64,000 bases of DNA from Kiritimatiellia bacterium (GTDB taxonomy: Bacteria; Verrucomicrobiota; Kiritimatiellia; RFP12; UBA1067): contig JBMNFY010000017.1 in assembly GCA_050949565.1 (NCBI GenBank), positions 1,216,001 to 1,280,000 on the forward strand, read 5' to 3'. The stretch's first letter is position 1. Each line of letters opens with the position of its first letter. Of the stretch, positions 9,840-19,680 are shown piece after piece. Both the position numbers and the translations under genes were made by a program. The notes beneath the pieces are model-generated. The model was given only the letters and a program-made list of their open reading frames with translations, made no database searches and was not told the DNA's origin.

Positions 9840-10445
9840 TAAAGGCTTCGCGCTTCAGTTCTTTGCCGTTTTTGTCGAGGCGTGAGGGAACATCGTTGAG
9901 TGCGGCTTCTATGATGGTTTCGCGAGCACTTTCCAAGGCACGCGTAAAAGCCTCGGAAGAATAACGCTCACGATTATGGATGACCTTGAACATCTCTTTG
10001 ACGGTGGCAAGGAGCTTTTTCCCGTAGGCTTTCGTCTCGGCGTCATGCAACCCGGTCAGATATTTGATGTCGCGGATCAGGTGGGCGATGCAGAACTGCA
10101 CGGTGATGTTGAAGTCGCTCATGTACTTGTGGTAGGCGGAGAAGTAGTCGCAGCCGAGCACGCCGTCGAATTCCTCGCCGAGCACGTCGAGCAGGACCTT
10201 CGAGCCGCGGGTCTTGTCGATCTTGAAGAGCACGTACAGTTCGGCCCGGAACACCCAGGTCCAGAACTTCCCGCCGTTGTCCTTGTGGCCCGTCTCGTCC
10301 ACGTTGATCGCCTGCTCCAGAGGCAGCCGGCCGAGCAGTTCGGCGTAGGGTGCGTCGAGCGCGGCGGAGGCCTTCGCGACGACCTTGCGCAGGTAGCCGC
10401 GGGAGACGCTTTCACCCAGCACGTCGCGCACGAACTTGCGGATCG
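9820..10445 (-). pseudogene. IS66 transposase internal fragment
   Basis: VDETGHK, WTWVFR, CDYFSAY, QFCIAHLIRD; N-terminus absent. Confidence 0.8.
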
Positions 10446-12094
10446 GACCGGATGTCGCGAAGGAGCTTGGATGGAGCATCGGTAACGGCGGGCCGCTCTG
10501 CATGAAGGGATTCCGCGACCCCTATCCGCTTTCCGGCGACTGCTTTCTTGTGGCACGCGGCTACGACCTGCAGCTTGTGGACCGGCAGGGCACATGCGAG
10601 ACCGTCTGGACCGATAAGGTGATGGTGCACGATCCGCGGCCGCTCAAGCCGCGCCCGCGCGAGCCGGTTCTGGCGAGCAAACTCAACCTCTCAAAGGAAA
10701 CAGGCGTGTTCACACTCGCGGATGTCTACCAGAGCCGCAACATGAAAGGAATCCCGCGTGGAAAGATTAAGAAACTGCTGATCATGGAGGACCTGCCGAA
10801 AAGCGCGAGCCGCCACGGACCGCGCGGCGCACACGGGGGACACATTTCGCTGCACCGCATCATCGGAGAGGTGCCGGTTGAAGCGGACGGCAGCGCCTGC
10901 TTCGAGGCACCCGCGTTGCGTGCGTTGATGTTTGCCGCCCTCGATGAAAAGGGGATCGCCGTCAAACGCATGCAGAACTTCACGCAGGTGATGCCGGGAG
11001 AGGTCCAGGGCTGCGTAGGCTGCCACGAGAAGCGCACCGAAAATTCCAACCACGAGGTGTTGAATCGTCCGGGGACGTTGCTCGCAACCATGCGCGCGCC
11101 ATCCAGACCGCGCAAGCCGGAGGGCGTGCCCGACGTGTTTGTGTACCGCCGCGACATCCAGCCGATCCTCGACCGCCACTGCGCCTCGTGCCACTCTACC
11201 GAAAAAGCGACGGCCCGCGTGATCCTCTCCGCCGACCTCTCTGAATGGCGTTCGCTCAGCTATGACATGCTCTATGCGTTCGACCAAATCAGCCGTGCGA
11301 CAAGTTGGAAAGAAAACGGCAATAACGGCAGCTACGAATTCGGTACGGGGGCCTCGCCGCTCATGAACAAGCTCGATGGCTCGCATCACGGCGTAAAGGT
11401 GACGGTGCAGGAGTGGGACATGATGCGTCTGTGGGTTGAATCGAGCGCGCACTACACAGGCACGTACGCCACGCACAACCACTTCGAGAGCCAGATCGGC
11501 GCGCGGCGGAACAAGCAGCTCATTGAAAACGGAAACGTGGGCGGCGACTGGTGGTTCACCTCCTTCGATAAGCCGCGGCTGGCCGAACCGCTGGAGGAGA
11601 TCGCGAAGCGGAAGTGCTACACCTGCCACGGGAACATGTACAAGCTCGGACGCCTACGCCGCGAACAGCGGGACTGTAACAGGTGGACGAACGGTTGTCC
11701 CCCGGACTGGCTCAACAGCCCGAACTACTCCTACACGCTTTTCAACATGACGCACCCCGAGAAGTCTCCGTTCCTCGCGGCGGCGATGCCGCGCGAGTTG
11801 GGCGGTTACGGGTGGTGTACGAACGCGCTCGGTAAAACCGCGCACGCCTTCACGGGCAAAGACGATCCCGACTATGTGGCCGTACTGAAGTTGATCGCCG
11901 AGGCCGACGCGCGCCAGCGCGAGTTAGGCCGTCTGGAGTATCCCGGCTACCGTCCGAAGCCCTACTACGTGTACTGGATGAAACGCTTCGGCATCTTGCC
12001 GCCCGAGACGGATCTCAACACAGGCCCCATCGACTATTTCAAGGCCGACGAGGAGTATTGGCAGTCGCTCTGGTGGAAACCGGCATCAAACTGA
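10445..12094 (+). pseudogene. 5'-truncated protein with hydrazine-synthase-alpha middle-domain-like region and three CxxCH heme motifs
   Basis: RDPYPLS, GEVPVEADGSACFEAPA, MQNFTQVMPGE; CVGCH, CASCH, CYTCH. No signal peptide or real start; abuts the IS66 fragment. Confidence 0.65.
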
Positions 12095-12131
12095 AAACCC
12101 GCCACCAACCACTTTTCCGCGCAACGCGCGG

Positions 12132-12157
12132 GTTTAGGATTTAGGATTTGGGATTTT
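12132..12157. repeat. TTTAGGA heptamer tandem repeat next to a CCGCGC..GCGCGG hairpin
   Basis: Same unit and hairpin recur at 13587-13636. Confidence 0.6.
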
Positions 12158-12281
12158 TATCTGAGCGTTGAGAGTTGAATGTTTTCGCTATTCGTTGTCA
12201 TTCGTTATTCTCTCTCGCGTGGACGCCTCAAATATGGTTCAATAGGCCACATCATAAACGTCGGAGGAGGAGCGATATCGT

Positions 12282-12665
12282 ATGGCCAGCAACACATATG
12301 AAATGACCGGATCGGTCAAAACCATTTTCGAGCCCATGACTTTCCCCAGCGGTTTTTCAAAGCGTGAATTCCTGTTGACGATGGAGGATGACTATCCCCA
12401 AGACGTCAAGTTCACTTGCATCAAGGAGCGCGCCGCGCAACTGGACAATGTAACACCGGGTGAGCGCGTCAGCGTCTCTTTCCGCATACGCTGTCGTGAA
12501 TGGCAGGGTAAGTATTTCATCGATCTGGAAGCCTTCCGCATCAACAAGAAGGAGGGCGACGGTACGATGATCGAATACGAGAATAGTGGCGGTGGATTCG
12601 AGGACAGCGGCTTCGAAAGCGGCGGACTCGAACCGATCGACGATGACCCTCCGCTACCATTCTAA
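12282..12665 (+). CDS. DUF3127 family (OB-fold, SSB-like) protein
   Basis: GFSKREF...YPQDVKF...REWQGKYF, acidic tail ending LPF; GGAGGAG RBS. Confidence 0.8.
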   Translation: MASNTYEMTGSVKTIFEPMTFPSGFSKREFLLTMEDDYPQDVKFTCIKERAAQLDNVTPGERVSVSFRIRCREWQGKYFIDLEAFRINKKEGDGTMIEYENSGGGFEDSGFESGGLEPIDDDPPLPF

Positions 12666-12677
12666 GCCGGGGATTGA

Positions 12678-13547
12678 ATGAGCGAGACGCCCAAAACATT
12701 GCGTGAATTGATCGTTCTGGGCGAAGCGTATCTGCGCGGACGCGCGGTTGCCGATCCCCGTACGGTGTGCGAATTGCTGGCGGCACGCCTCTTCAACTGC
12801 GGGCGGCTGGGTCTGCATCCGCATCTCGACGTGGTCCCGCAGACGCGCATCGTGGATGCGCTGCGCCGCGGATTGCTCCGCGTGGCTGGCGGTGAGCCGG
12901 TGCAGTATGTGCTGGGACGGTGGGATTTCCGCGACCTGACATTGAAGGTCGACCGGCGCGCCTTGATCCCGCGCCCTGAAACCGAGCAACTGGTGGATCT
13001 CGTTCTGGCCTCGCGGCAGATCAAAGAGACCCCGAAACCGCTGGTGGTGGATGTCGGCACTGGCAGCGGCTGTATCATCCTCAGTTTGGCCCATGCGTTG
13101 CGCAACGGCGTATTCGTGGGGCTGGACATCAGCGCCGAGGCGATCGAACTGGCACAAGAAAACGCCGCCCTGACCGGACTTGCGGAGCGCGTGCTGTTCG
13201 CCGAGAGCGACGGCTGCGGCGAGTTTGACCCGGCCAGTGTCGATGTCCTGGTATCAAATCCGCCCTATATCCCGTCGCGAACCGTCGACGGCTTGGAGCG
13301 CCATATCCGCGACCATGAACCGCGCTTGGCGCTGGATGGCGGGCCGGACGGACTGTGCGTTTACCGTGCCCTGTTGCTAGATGCGGTCATGGTGCTGAAA
13401 GCCGGCGGCGGCGTGTTTTTCGAGATCGGCGATGATCAGGGCCCGGCACTGCGCGAGTTGCTGGACGCGCACGGCTTTTCCGAAGTGACCATCCATAAGG
13501 ACTACGCGGGCCGTGACCGTTTCGCGACCGGCGTTCTGAATGAGTGA
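12678..13547 (+). CDS. prmC: Release factor glutamine methyltransferase
   Basis: GEPVQY, LIPRPETE, DVGTGSG, SNPPY, ALDGGPDG. Confidence 0.95.
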   Translation: MSETPKTLRELIVLGEAYLRGRAVADPRTVCELLAARLFNCGRLGLHPHLDVVPQTRIVDALRRGLLRVAGGEPVQYVLGRWDFRDLTLKVDRRALIPRPETEQLVDLVLASRQIKETPKPLVVDVGTGSGCIILSLAHALRNGVFVGLDISAEAIELAQENAALTGLAERVLFAESDGCGEFDPASVDVLVSNPPYIPSRTVDGLERHIRDHEPRLALDGGPDGLCVYRALLLDAVMVLKAGGGVFFEIGDDQGPALRELLDAHGFSEVTIHKDYAGRDRFATGVLNE

Positions 13548-13586
13548 GCGCGCCCGCGCGGCTGTGCAGCCGCGCGGAGTTAGCAT

Positions 13587-13668
13587 TTAGGATTTAGGAG
13601 TTAGGATTTAGGAGTTTTCCGCGCATAGGCGCGGAGGTTTTTCATGAAGTTTCATGTGTTTCATGGTT
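13587..13668. repeat. TTAGGA-type tandem repeat, hairpin and TTTCATG repeats between convergent genes
   Basis: tttaggatttaggagttaggatttaggag; ccgcgcataggcgcgg; ttcatgaagtttcatgtgtttcatg. Confidence 0.6.
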
Positions 13669-13713
13669 CCATCCAAATCGGGATCGCCGCCGGGATCGAT
13701 CACTTAACCGCCA

Positions 13714-15168
13714 CTACAACTTAAGGTCTGCGAAGGCGTCGCCGAGCGAGCCGAAGCCGCCCGAGACCTTGTTCTTATTGGCGGAGCGCCAAGCCGCGAC
13801 TTCATCTTCCTCTGTCTCACCGCCGCTGCCGCCCGTCTCCCATTTGCTCGGCAACGTGAGCGAAATGCGGTCGCCTTCGACCGACTTGACCACCACCTCG
13901 ATTTTGCTCGACGGCGGGAAGTTGCGTTCCAGCTTCGCGGCCGGATTGCCGCCTTTGGGGATGTCGGTTTCGCTGATGTGCAACAAACCGGTCTTTTCTT
14001 CCGAAAGGCGCACGAAAATCCCGAAGGGCTGGATCGATTCGACGATCCCTTCGACCTTCGCGCCCTCACTCAACTCGCCGGGCTGCAGCGCCTTGACGCG
14101 CTCATCCACCGGCCGCAGACTGAACCGGCGGCGCTCAAGGTCTACGCTGTCGACCTGCAACAGGAGTTCCTGACCCTCGGTCACGACTTCGCGCGCGGAC
14201 ATCAAACGGCGCCCACCGCCCAGTTTGCTGATTGGGATCAATCCCTCGACACCAGGAACAAGCTGCGCGAACGCACCGAAGCGCTCGATCTTGGTGATCG
14301 TGCCGATGAAGGTCGCACCCTGCGGGAAACGCGCCATCGCGTCGTCCCACGGGTCGCCCTGTGCGCCGCGCAGGCTGAGCGAAATGCGGTTGCGCTCCCA
14401 GTCCAGCTCTTTGATCTGCACATCGACCTTGTCGCCGACCTTGACCACGTCCTCCGGCTTCACATCGCGTCCCCAGGCGATCTCCTTGAGCGGGATCAAA
14501 CCCTCCGCGCCGCCGAGTTCGACGAACACACCGAAATCCACGATGCGCGTCACCGTGCCGGTGACGATCATGCCGACATACAAATCTTCCTTCAGCTCTT
14601 CGCGCTGCGCCTCGCGCTCCTTCTCCAACAGGGCGCGGCGGCTGACGATCACGTTTGAGCCGCGCTCGTCGTCGCCATACTCGGTGATCAGAAAGTTAAA
14701 GGTGTGCCCGATGTACTCGGCGTCGTCTTGACGGAAAAGGTTGATCTGCGAGAAGGGACAGAAGGCGCGTTTACCGGCAACCGTCACCTCATAGCCGCCG
14801 TTGATCTCTTTCTCGACGCGTCCTTCAATCGGCATCTGGCGCTGGTAGGCGTCCGCCAGCGAGCGATCGACCACCTGCTTGGCGTCCATGCTGCCGGAAA
14901 AGAGGAACGCACCGTTCTGCATGCCGGCGAAGATCACCTCGACCGTATCGCCAATCGCGCAGCGCAACGTCCCGTCCTCTTGGGTCATGTCCGCGAGCGG
15001 CACCAGTCCCTCACGCTTCGCATTGACATCCAACGTCACATACTGGGTATTGATATTGCTGACCGTTCCGCGCACTCGCTCTCCCGGGTCGAACCCTTTA
15101 CGGTAGTTGCTCAACTGCGCGTCCAGCAATGACTCAAAATCTGCCATCGATACTTTTTTATCGCTCAT
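13714..15168 (-). CDS. rpsA: 30S ribosomal protein S1 or S1 paralog
   Basis: Tandem S1 domains (FGVFVELGG, FGAFAQL, FGIFVRL), AFCPFSQI, C-terminal FGSLGDAF. Confidence 0.85.
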   Translation of the reverse strand: MSDKKVSMADFESLLDAQLSNYRKGFDPGERVRGTVSNINTQYVTLDVNAKREGLVPLADMTQEDGTLRCAIGDTVEVIFAGMQNGAFLFSGSMDAKQVVDRSLADAYQRQMPIEGRVEKEINGGYEVTVAGKRAFCPFSQINLFRQDDAEYIGHTFNFLITEYGDDERGSNVIVSRRALLEKEREAQREELKEDLYVGMIVTGTVTRIVDFGVFVELGGAEGLIPLKEIAWGRDVKPEDVVKVGDKVDVQIKELDWERNRISLSLRGAQGDPWDDAMARFPQGATFIGTITKIERFGAFAQLVPGVEGLIPISKLGGGRRLMSAREVVTEGQELLLQVDSVDLERRRFSLRPVDERVKALQPGELSEGAKVEGIVESIQPFGIFVRLSEEKTGLLHISETDIPKGGNPAAKLERNFPPSSKIEVVVKSVEGDRISLTLPSKWETGGSGGETEEDEVAAWRSANKNKVSGGFGSLGDAFADLKL

Positions 15169-15331
15169 CTCTTGCTCCGAATAAGGCGTATAGGATACGC
15201 CATTCTGCCTCTCAGATGCAATCAGAACTACTCTTCCTTTCAGGCTTGTCACAGAAATCGGTATCGGAGATACTACTGGTGTTGGCGACGAACAATGGCA
15301 GTTAGGAAATTCGCACAAGGAGGCCGTTATC

Positions 15332-16744
15332 GTGTTCAGAACAAAATGTGTCGTTGTGCTTTTGGTTGTCTCCTCTTCAGCACTCTGCAGCGTAGCCCGC
15401 GCGGGTCTACTCGGCTATTGGCCGCTGGATGAAACCTCCGGTACGGTCGCGACCAATCTGGTGCCCGGCGGAACAAATGGAATATTGGTGGGGACCGGCA
15501 TCACTTGGATGAACGACCCTGAGCGCGGCCAGGTGCTGAGCTTCGGCGCGGCGGGCATCACGAATTATGTCGATGCGGGCGTCTTGCCGCCGATCGGCAA
15601 CACCACCGACTTCACCTGGAGTTTTTGGGCGTATCATCAGGATGCGGCGAACAACGATGTGATCCTAGGCAACCGCTATAACTCTGACTCTCAAGCCGGA
15701 AGCCAGTGGATCAAGTTCACGCCCACCAAATTCGAGTGCAACATCGACCCCTCGCCCCACTTGGACTACGCGGACCTCCCTAGGGACCAATGGATCCATC
15801 ATGCCGTCGTTAAACGGGCAGTAGACCGCTCACTCACCTACTATCGTAACGGCGTGGCCGTCATAACGACCAATGTCACCTTTACCAGCACGGCGACCGG
15901 GCGCCCCTTCTACATGGGCGGAGATAAGTTTGCCGAGTGGTGGATGGGACGGCTCGATGATGTGGCCATCTGGGACAGCGCCCTGCCTGCGGAGTCAATC
16001 GCAGGATTGGCGGATGGCACGCTTACACCGCTCACCGCACCGTTCTACCTTAAGGTTGGCGTGTTCGATCTAGCCGACGCCGTCGGTGGCGGTGACGGCA
16101 CTCTGCCCGGCCTGGGCGGCGCAGGCAATCTGGGCGTCACCATGGGGGTTTACAAAACCTTCCCGAACAATCGATTTGTTGATGGCGTCTTCGCGCCGAA
16201 CACGAACGATGTCGCCTGTGTTATCGACGGCGCGGGCCGCACATACGACTTCAATGACCAGAACAGCACCGGCGGCGCGGGGTTACCGTGGTGTAACGGG
16301 CTGAATATGGATACCGACCCCTCGGTGGCGGGCGGACTGCTGCCGGATTTCAACGGCGACCCCGATAACCATTCGCTGCTCTCCGGACACGCCAGCAAGG
16401 GAATCACCTTTGACCTGGAGGCGGTCCGTGCGGCAACCGGTCTGTATATCGAATCGTTCACCGCCACGATCGGCGATTCGCGGCCCAAGACTGGCGGTTC
16501 CATCAGTTACTATGTCTTTGTTGACGGCATATTGGTGACCAACCGCTTCAACGTTCGTGACAGCGAAGATTTCATAACCGTCACCGAAGTGTCGACCGGA
16601 CGCTATCTCTCAATCGCCATCACCGACGCCAACGATGACCCCTTCTGCGACCACGGCTATCTCGGCGATCCGTTCCTGCACTTGACGCTACCGCCGCCCC
16701 CCTCTCCGGTACACCCAAAAGGCACTATGTTCCTTCTCCGTTAA
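15332..16744 (+). CDS. Secreted LamG-like jellyroll protein with C-terminal GTMFLLR motif
   Basis: Signal peptide; GYWPLDE, FTWSFW, WIHHAVV, GRLDDVAIWDSAL. Confidence 0.75.
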   Translation: MFRTKCVVVLLVVSSSALCSVARAGLLGYWPLDETSGTVATNLVPGGTNGILVGTGITWMNDPERGQVLSFGAAGITNYVDAGVLPPIGNTTDFTWSFWAYHQDAANNDVILGNRYNSDSQAGSQWIKFTPTKFECNIDPSPHLDYADLPRDQWIHHAVVKRAVDRSLTYYRNGVAVITTNVTFTSTATGRPFYMGGDKFAEWWMGRLDDVAIWDSALPAESIAGLADGTLTPLTAPFYLKVGVFDLADAVGGGDGTLPGLGGAGNLGVTMGVYKTFPNNRFVDGVFAPNTNDVACVIDGAGRTYDFNDQNSTGGAGLPWCNGLNMDTDPSVAGGLLPDFNGDPDNHSLLSGHASKGITFDLEAVRAATGLYIESFTATIGDSRPKTGGSISYYVFVDGILVTNRFNVRDSEDFITVTEVSTGRYLSIAITDANDDPFCDHGYLGDPFLHLTLPPPPSPVHPKGTMFLLR

Positions 16745-16771
16745 GACACCCCCTATTATCTCCATTTCACT

Positions 16772-17602
16772 ATGAGCACCTACCAAGAATTCCAACACGC
16801 ATTACGTACGACGGGTCGTTACGAGACGGCCGCCGCCACCCGACCGGTAGAGACGCTGCGCATCTCGCCGCTCAACTCGTTCCGCTATGCGTTTACGATC
16901 ATCGGCATCGCCGTGCGCTGTGCCGTCAGACACCTCTTCCGCCGTCTGGATTACGACGTGTGGGGGCGCATCTGCATGAGAGCGGTGACCTTCGCGGAAA
17001 AGCTGGGTGGCGTGATGACCTTCGAGGGTTTTGAGCAGCGCGCCGCCTATGACGGACCGGTCGTTTATGTTTCCAACCACATGAGCACGCTTGAGACCTT
17101 TGTCTTTCCCTCGACGTTGCTCACCTTCGGCAAGATCGCGATTGTCCTCAAAAAAAGCCTGGCCGAGATTCCGCTGGTCGGCAAGGCCGCCTTGCGTATC
17201 GGATGCATTCCGATAACGCGCAAAAACGCACGCGAAGACCTGAAGACCGTGCTGGAGGTCGGCGCTCAGCGGCTGGCTGAAGGTCACTCGGTTCTGCTCT
17301 TCCCGCAGGGTACACGGCAGGCGGTCTTCGATGGCAAGAAGTTCAATTCACTGGGCTCTAAGCTGGCTGAACGCGCTGGCGTGCCAGTCGTGCCGCTGGC
17401 GGTCAAGACCGATTTCCTCAAGACCGGCAAATGGATCAAGGATTTTGGCGAGGTCGATCCCAACAAGCCGATCCGTTTCGCCTGCGGCCCCGTGTTGCCC
17501 GCCACACTCGGCGCACGCGCCACGCACGATCAGAGTATCGCGTTCATCGCGTCCAAATTGGAAGAGTGGGAGAAGGATGTCGAAGTAATAAGTAATGGGT
17601 AG
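16772..17602 (+). CDS. plsC: 1-acyl-sn-glycerol-3-phosphate acyltransferase family
   Basis: SNHMSTLE, FPQGTR, VPVVP. Confidence 0.85.
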   Translation: MSTYQEFQHALRTTGRYETAAATRPVETLRISPLNSFRYAFTIIGIAVRCAVRHLFRRLDYDVWGRICMRAVTFAEKLGGVMTFEGFEQRAAYDGPVVYVSNHMSTLETFVFPSTLLTFGKIAIVLKKSLAEIPLVGKAALRIGCIPITRKNAREDLKTVLEVGAQRLAEGHSVLLFPQGTRQAVFDGKKFNSLGSKLAERAGVPVVPLAVKTDFLKTGKWIKDFGEVDPNKPIRFACGPVLPATLGARATHDQSIAFIASKLEEWEKDVEVISNG

Positions 17603-17637
17603 ATCAGACGGATCGGACGGATCGGACGGATCGGACA
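17602..17637. repeat. GATCGGACG nonamer tandem repeat (~4 copies)
   Basis: gatcagacg gatcggacg gatcggacg gatcggac between convergent genes. Confidence 0.8.
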
Positions 17638-17657
17638 AAAGACCCATTACCTGTTGC

Positions 17658-18767
17658 CTATTCCACTATCTTGACCGGTGTGCCGTCCGGTAGCAGTACG
17701 CACAGTTCCTCAATGTCCGCATTCCGGAAGCGCACGCGTCCGGCATCGGAGATGCGGCCGAGCGATGACACGTCCCATGTGCCGTGCAGCCCGAGCAGGC
17801 GGGCGGGCGGAGTCTCGCCAGTTGCAGAGAGCGTCATCCAGCGTGTACCCAAAATATTTTGCGGGTGGCCGAACGGCACCTCGCCGCCGTCCGGCAGGCG
17901 GTAGGCAGGCTCCTGTACCTTGTTACGCACAACGTACGTGCCGACCGGAATGTCGGCAGTGGGCCCCAGTCCCACCACATATCGTTTGCAGAACTGGCCG
18001 TTAAGCATGAGGACTGCGGAGGTCGTCTGCTTGAAGATCGTCAACTCAAAAGCCGGTTTGTCGAGTACCCAGATCTCACGACCGACACGCAGGCGGTCGG
18101 GCCGGTCGATGCCGTTGGCCTGAAGCAGATATGCCTGCGTGGTACCGTAGCGTCTGGCCAGTTTACTGATCAGGTCGCCGGACACGACCCGATGGCGCGC
18201 TTTTTCGGGCATGGCGCGGTCTTTGAAAAATAGCGTCGTGTTGATCTCGCCGATTCGCCGCTCGACAAAAGTGCGCACGTCCTCCACGTCACGACGGGCG
18301 AGCAATTGGTGCAGAACCTGACGCGCGGCAACCAACTCATCTGCGGTCTCATGCCGGGACACCTGTTCAAGTAGACGCTGCACTTCGGCCGATTGCGCCG
18401 CGGCGGTGGGCACTGCCTTGCGTTCCGCATCCAACCAGCGCTCGGCTGCAGTCGCTGTTGTAGCGCTATCTTCTTTCGCAGCGTCCACCGCTTTTTCGCG
18501 TTGACCGAAATTGAGAAAGTGCCGCCAGAACGAGGGGCGTTCGCGCTGGGCCTCAACCTCAGGCATACTGTAGCGGGTCTGTCCGGGGGCCTCCTCTTCT
18601 TCAGCCGCCGCCTTTGCGCTCGAACGTCCGGCACAGCTACGCAACGCCAGCAACGGCACGCCGATCGCCAGAACCAAGATCGCCGGCAGCCACAGCTTCC
18701 GCAGCGGCGAACTCGTTTGTCCGTCGTGCTCAATGCCGTATATGCCGCGTTGTCGTCGAAAAGACAT
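17658..18767 (-). CDS. LysM plus YkuD L,D-transpeptidase-like membrane protein; catalytic Cys replaced by Arg
   Basis: LysM HRVVSGDLISKLARRYG; NILGTRWM, LHGT...SDAGRVRF. Confidence 0.8.
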   Translation of the reverse strand: MSFRRQRGIYGIEHDGQTSSPLRKLWLPAILVLAIGVPLLALRSCAGRSSAKAAAEEEEAPGQTRYSMPEVEAQRERPSFWRHFLNFGQREKAVDAAKEDSATTATAAERWLDAERKAVPTAAAQSAEVQRLLEQVSRHETADELVAARQVLHQLLARRDVEDVRTFVERRIGEINTTLFFKDRAMPEKARHRVVSGDLISKLARRYGTTQAYLLQANGIDRPDRLRVGREIWVLDKPAFELTIFKQTTSAVLMLNGQFCKRYVVGLGPTADIPVGTYVVRNKVQEPAYRLPDGGEVPFGHPQNILGTRWMTLSATGETPPARLLGLHGTWDVSSLGRISDAGRVRFRNADIEELCVLLPDGTPVKIVE

Positions 18768-18797
18768 GTGAACCGTTCCGCAGAGCCACCGCCCGGG

Positions 18798-19517
18798 CTA
18801 CTGGCGCTGCTGTAGTTTTTCCAGCATCTCGCGCGTGGCCTGCTCAATGCCGACAAACAACGCGCGACAAACGATGCTGTGCCCGATATTCAAGGTGTTA
18901 AGGTGGGGGATCGCCAGAATAGGATCGACATTATCGAGGGTCAAGCCATGCCCAGCGTTAACCACCAAACCGAGCGCGTGAGCGCGTTGCGCCGCATCTG
19001 TGAGGCGCGCCAGCTCCTTCTTGCGCTCTGTGCCCGTATGCTCAGCATACGCGCCCGTGTGCAGTTCGATTGTCGGCGCACCGATAGCAGAGGCGGCCTC
19101 GACCTGTTGCGCGTCAGGGTCAATGAAAAGACTCACCGCGATACCCGCTTCGCTCAATGCCTCCACTACCGGGACCAGCGCGTCGCGCTGCCCGACAACA
19201 TCCAGTCCGCCTTCAGTGGTCAGTTCCTGTCGCCGCTCCGGCACCATGCAGACCTCCTCGGGCTTGACTTCGAGTGCGATCCTCACAATGTCAGGGTTGT
19301 TGGCCATCTCCAGATTCATGCGCGTGGAGAGCGTCTCGCGCAACGCATAAACATCCGCATCCTGAATATGGCGGCGGTCTTCGCGCAGGTGGATGGTGAT
19401 GCCGTGCGCACCCGCCTTTTCACAAAGCGCCGCCGCCTCCAGCAGGCTCGGATAGTCGGTGCGCCGCGCCTGCCGCAGCGTGGCTACGTGGTCAATATTG
19501 ACACCTAGACGAATCAT
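18798..19517 (-). CDS. pdxJ: Pyridoxine 5'-phosphate synthase
   Basis: LGVNIDHVATLRQAR, HLREDRRHI, TTEGGLD, NAGHGL, LNIGHSI. Confidence 0.97.
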   Translation of the reverse strand: MIRLGVNIDHVATLRQARRTDYPSLLEAAALCEKAGAHGITIHLREDRRHIQDADVYALRETLSTRMNLEMANNPDIVRIALEVKPEEVCMVPERRQELTTEGGLDVVGQRDALVPVVEALSEAGIAVSLFIDPDAQQVEAASAIGAPTIELHTGAYAEHTGTERKKELARLTDAAQRAHALGLVVNAGHGLTLDNVDPILAIPHLNTLNIGHSIVCRALFVGIEQATREMLEKLQQRQ

Positions 19518-19582
19518 GACGTGAATCTCCTCTTTTTATTGTTAAGCATAGCATAGTTTGTCCTTAGTGAAAATAACGCATA

Positions 19583-19611
19583 TTGACGAGCTTCTCAGAA
19601 CGTGTTAATTT
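19583..19611 (+). promoter_or_regulatory. Candidate sigma70 promoter
   Basis: TTGACG-N17-TAATTT with extended -10 TG in an AT-rich intergenic region. Confidence 0.4.
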
Positions 19612-19680
19612 CAGCTTATCTGTTCGTGTGTTCGGTCACCGAACAGCACATGGTACGGACGCGAAAAAAGGAGATTCTAC

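Larger units (their letters stand above)
8076..10445 (-). mobile_element. IS66-family (ISBst12-like) remnant, left part missing, interrupted by IS630
   Basis: Terminal GTAAGCGTTCACGG at 8076. Transposase motifs DETG, WTWVF, LGCDYFSAY, QFCIAHLIRD and PTNNLAEQAVR are split either side of the IS630. Confidence 0.8.

Noticed and set aside
10441-10444. GATC at the IS66 junction as evidence of a restriction-ligation chimera
   Set aside because: GATC is frequent here and the breakpoint is only resolvable to ~10440-10470
10445-12094. Anammox hydrazine synthase
   Set aside because: Only a shared domain; no hzsB/hzsC or other anammox genes
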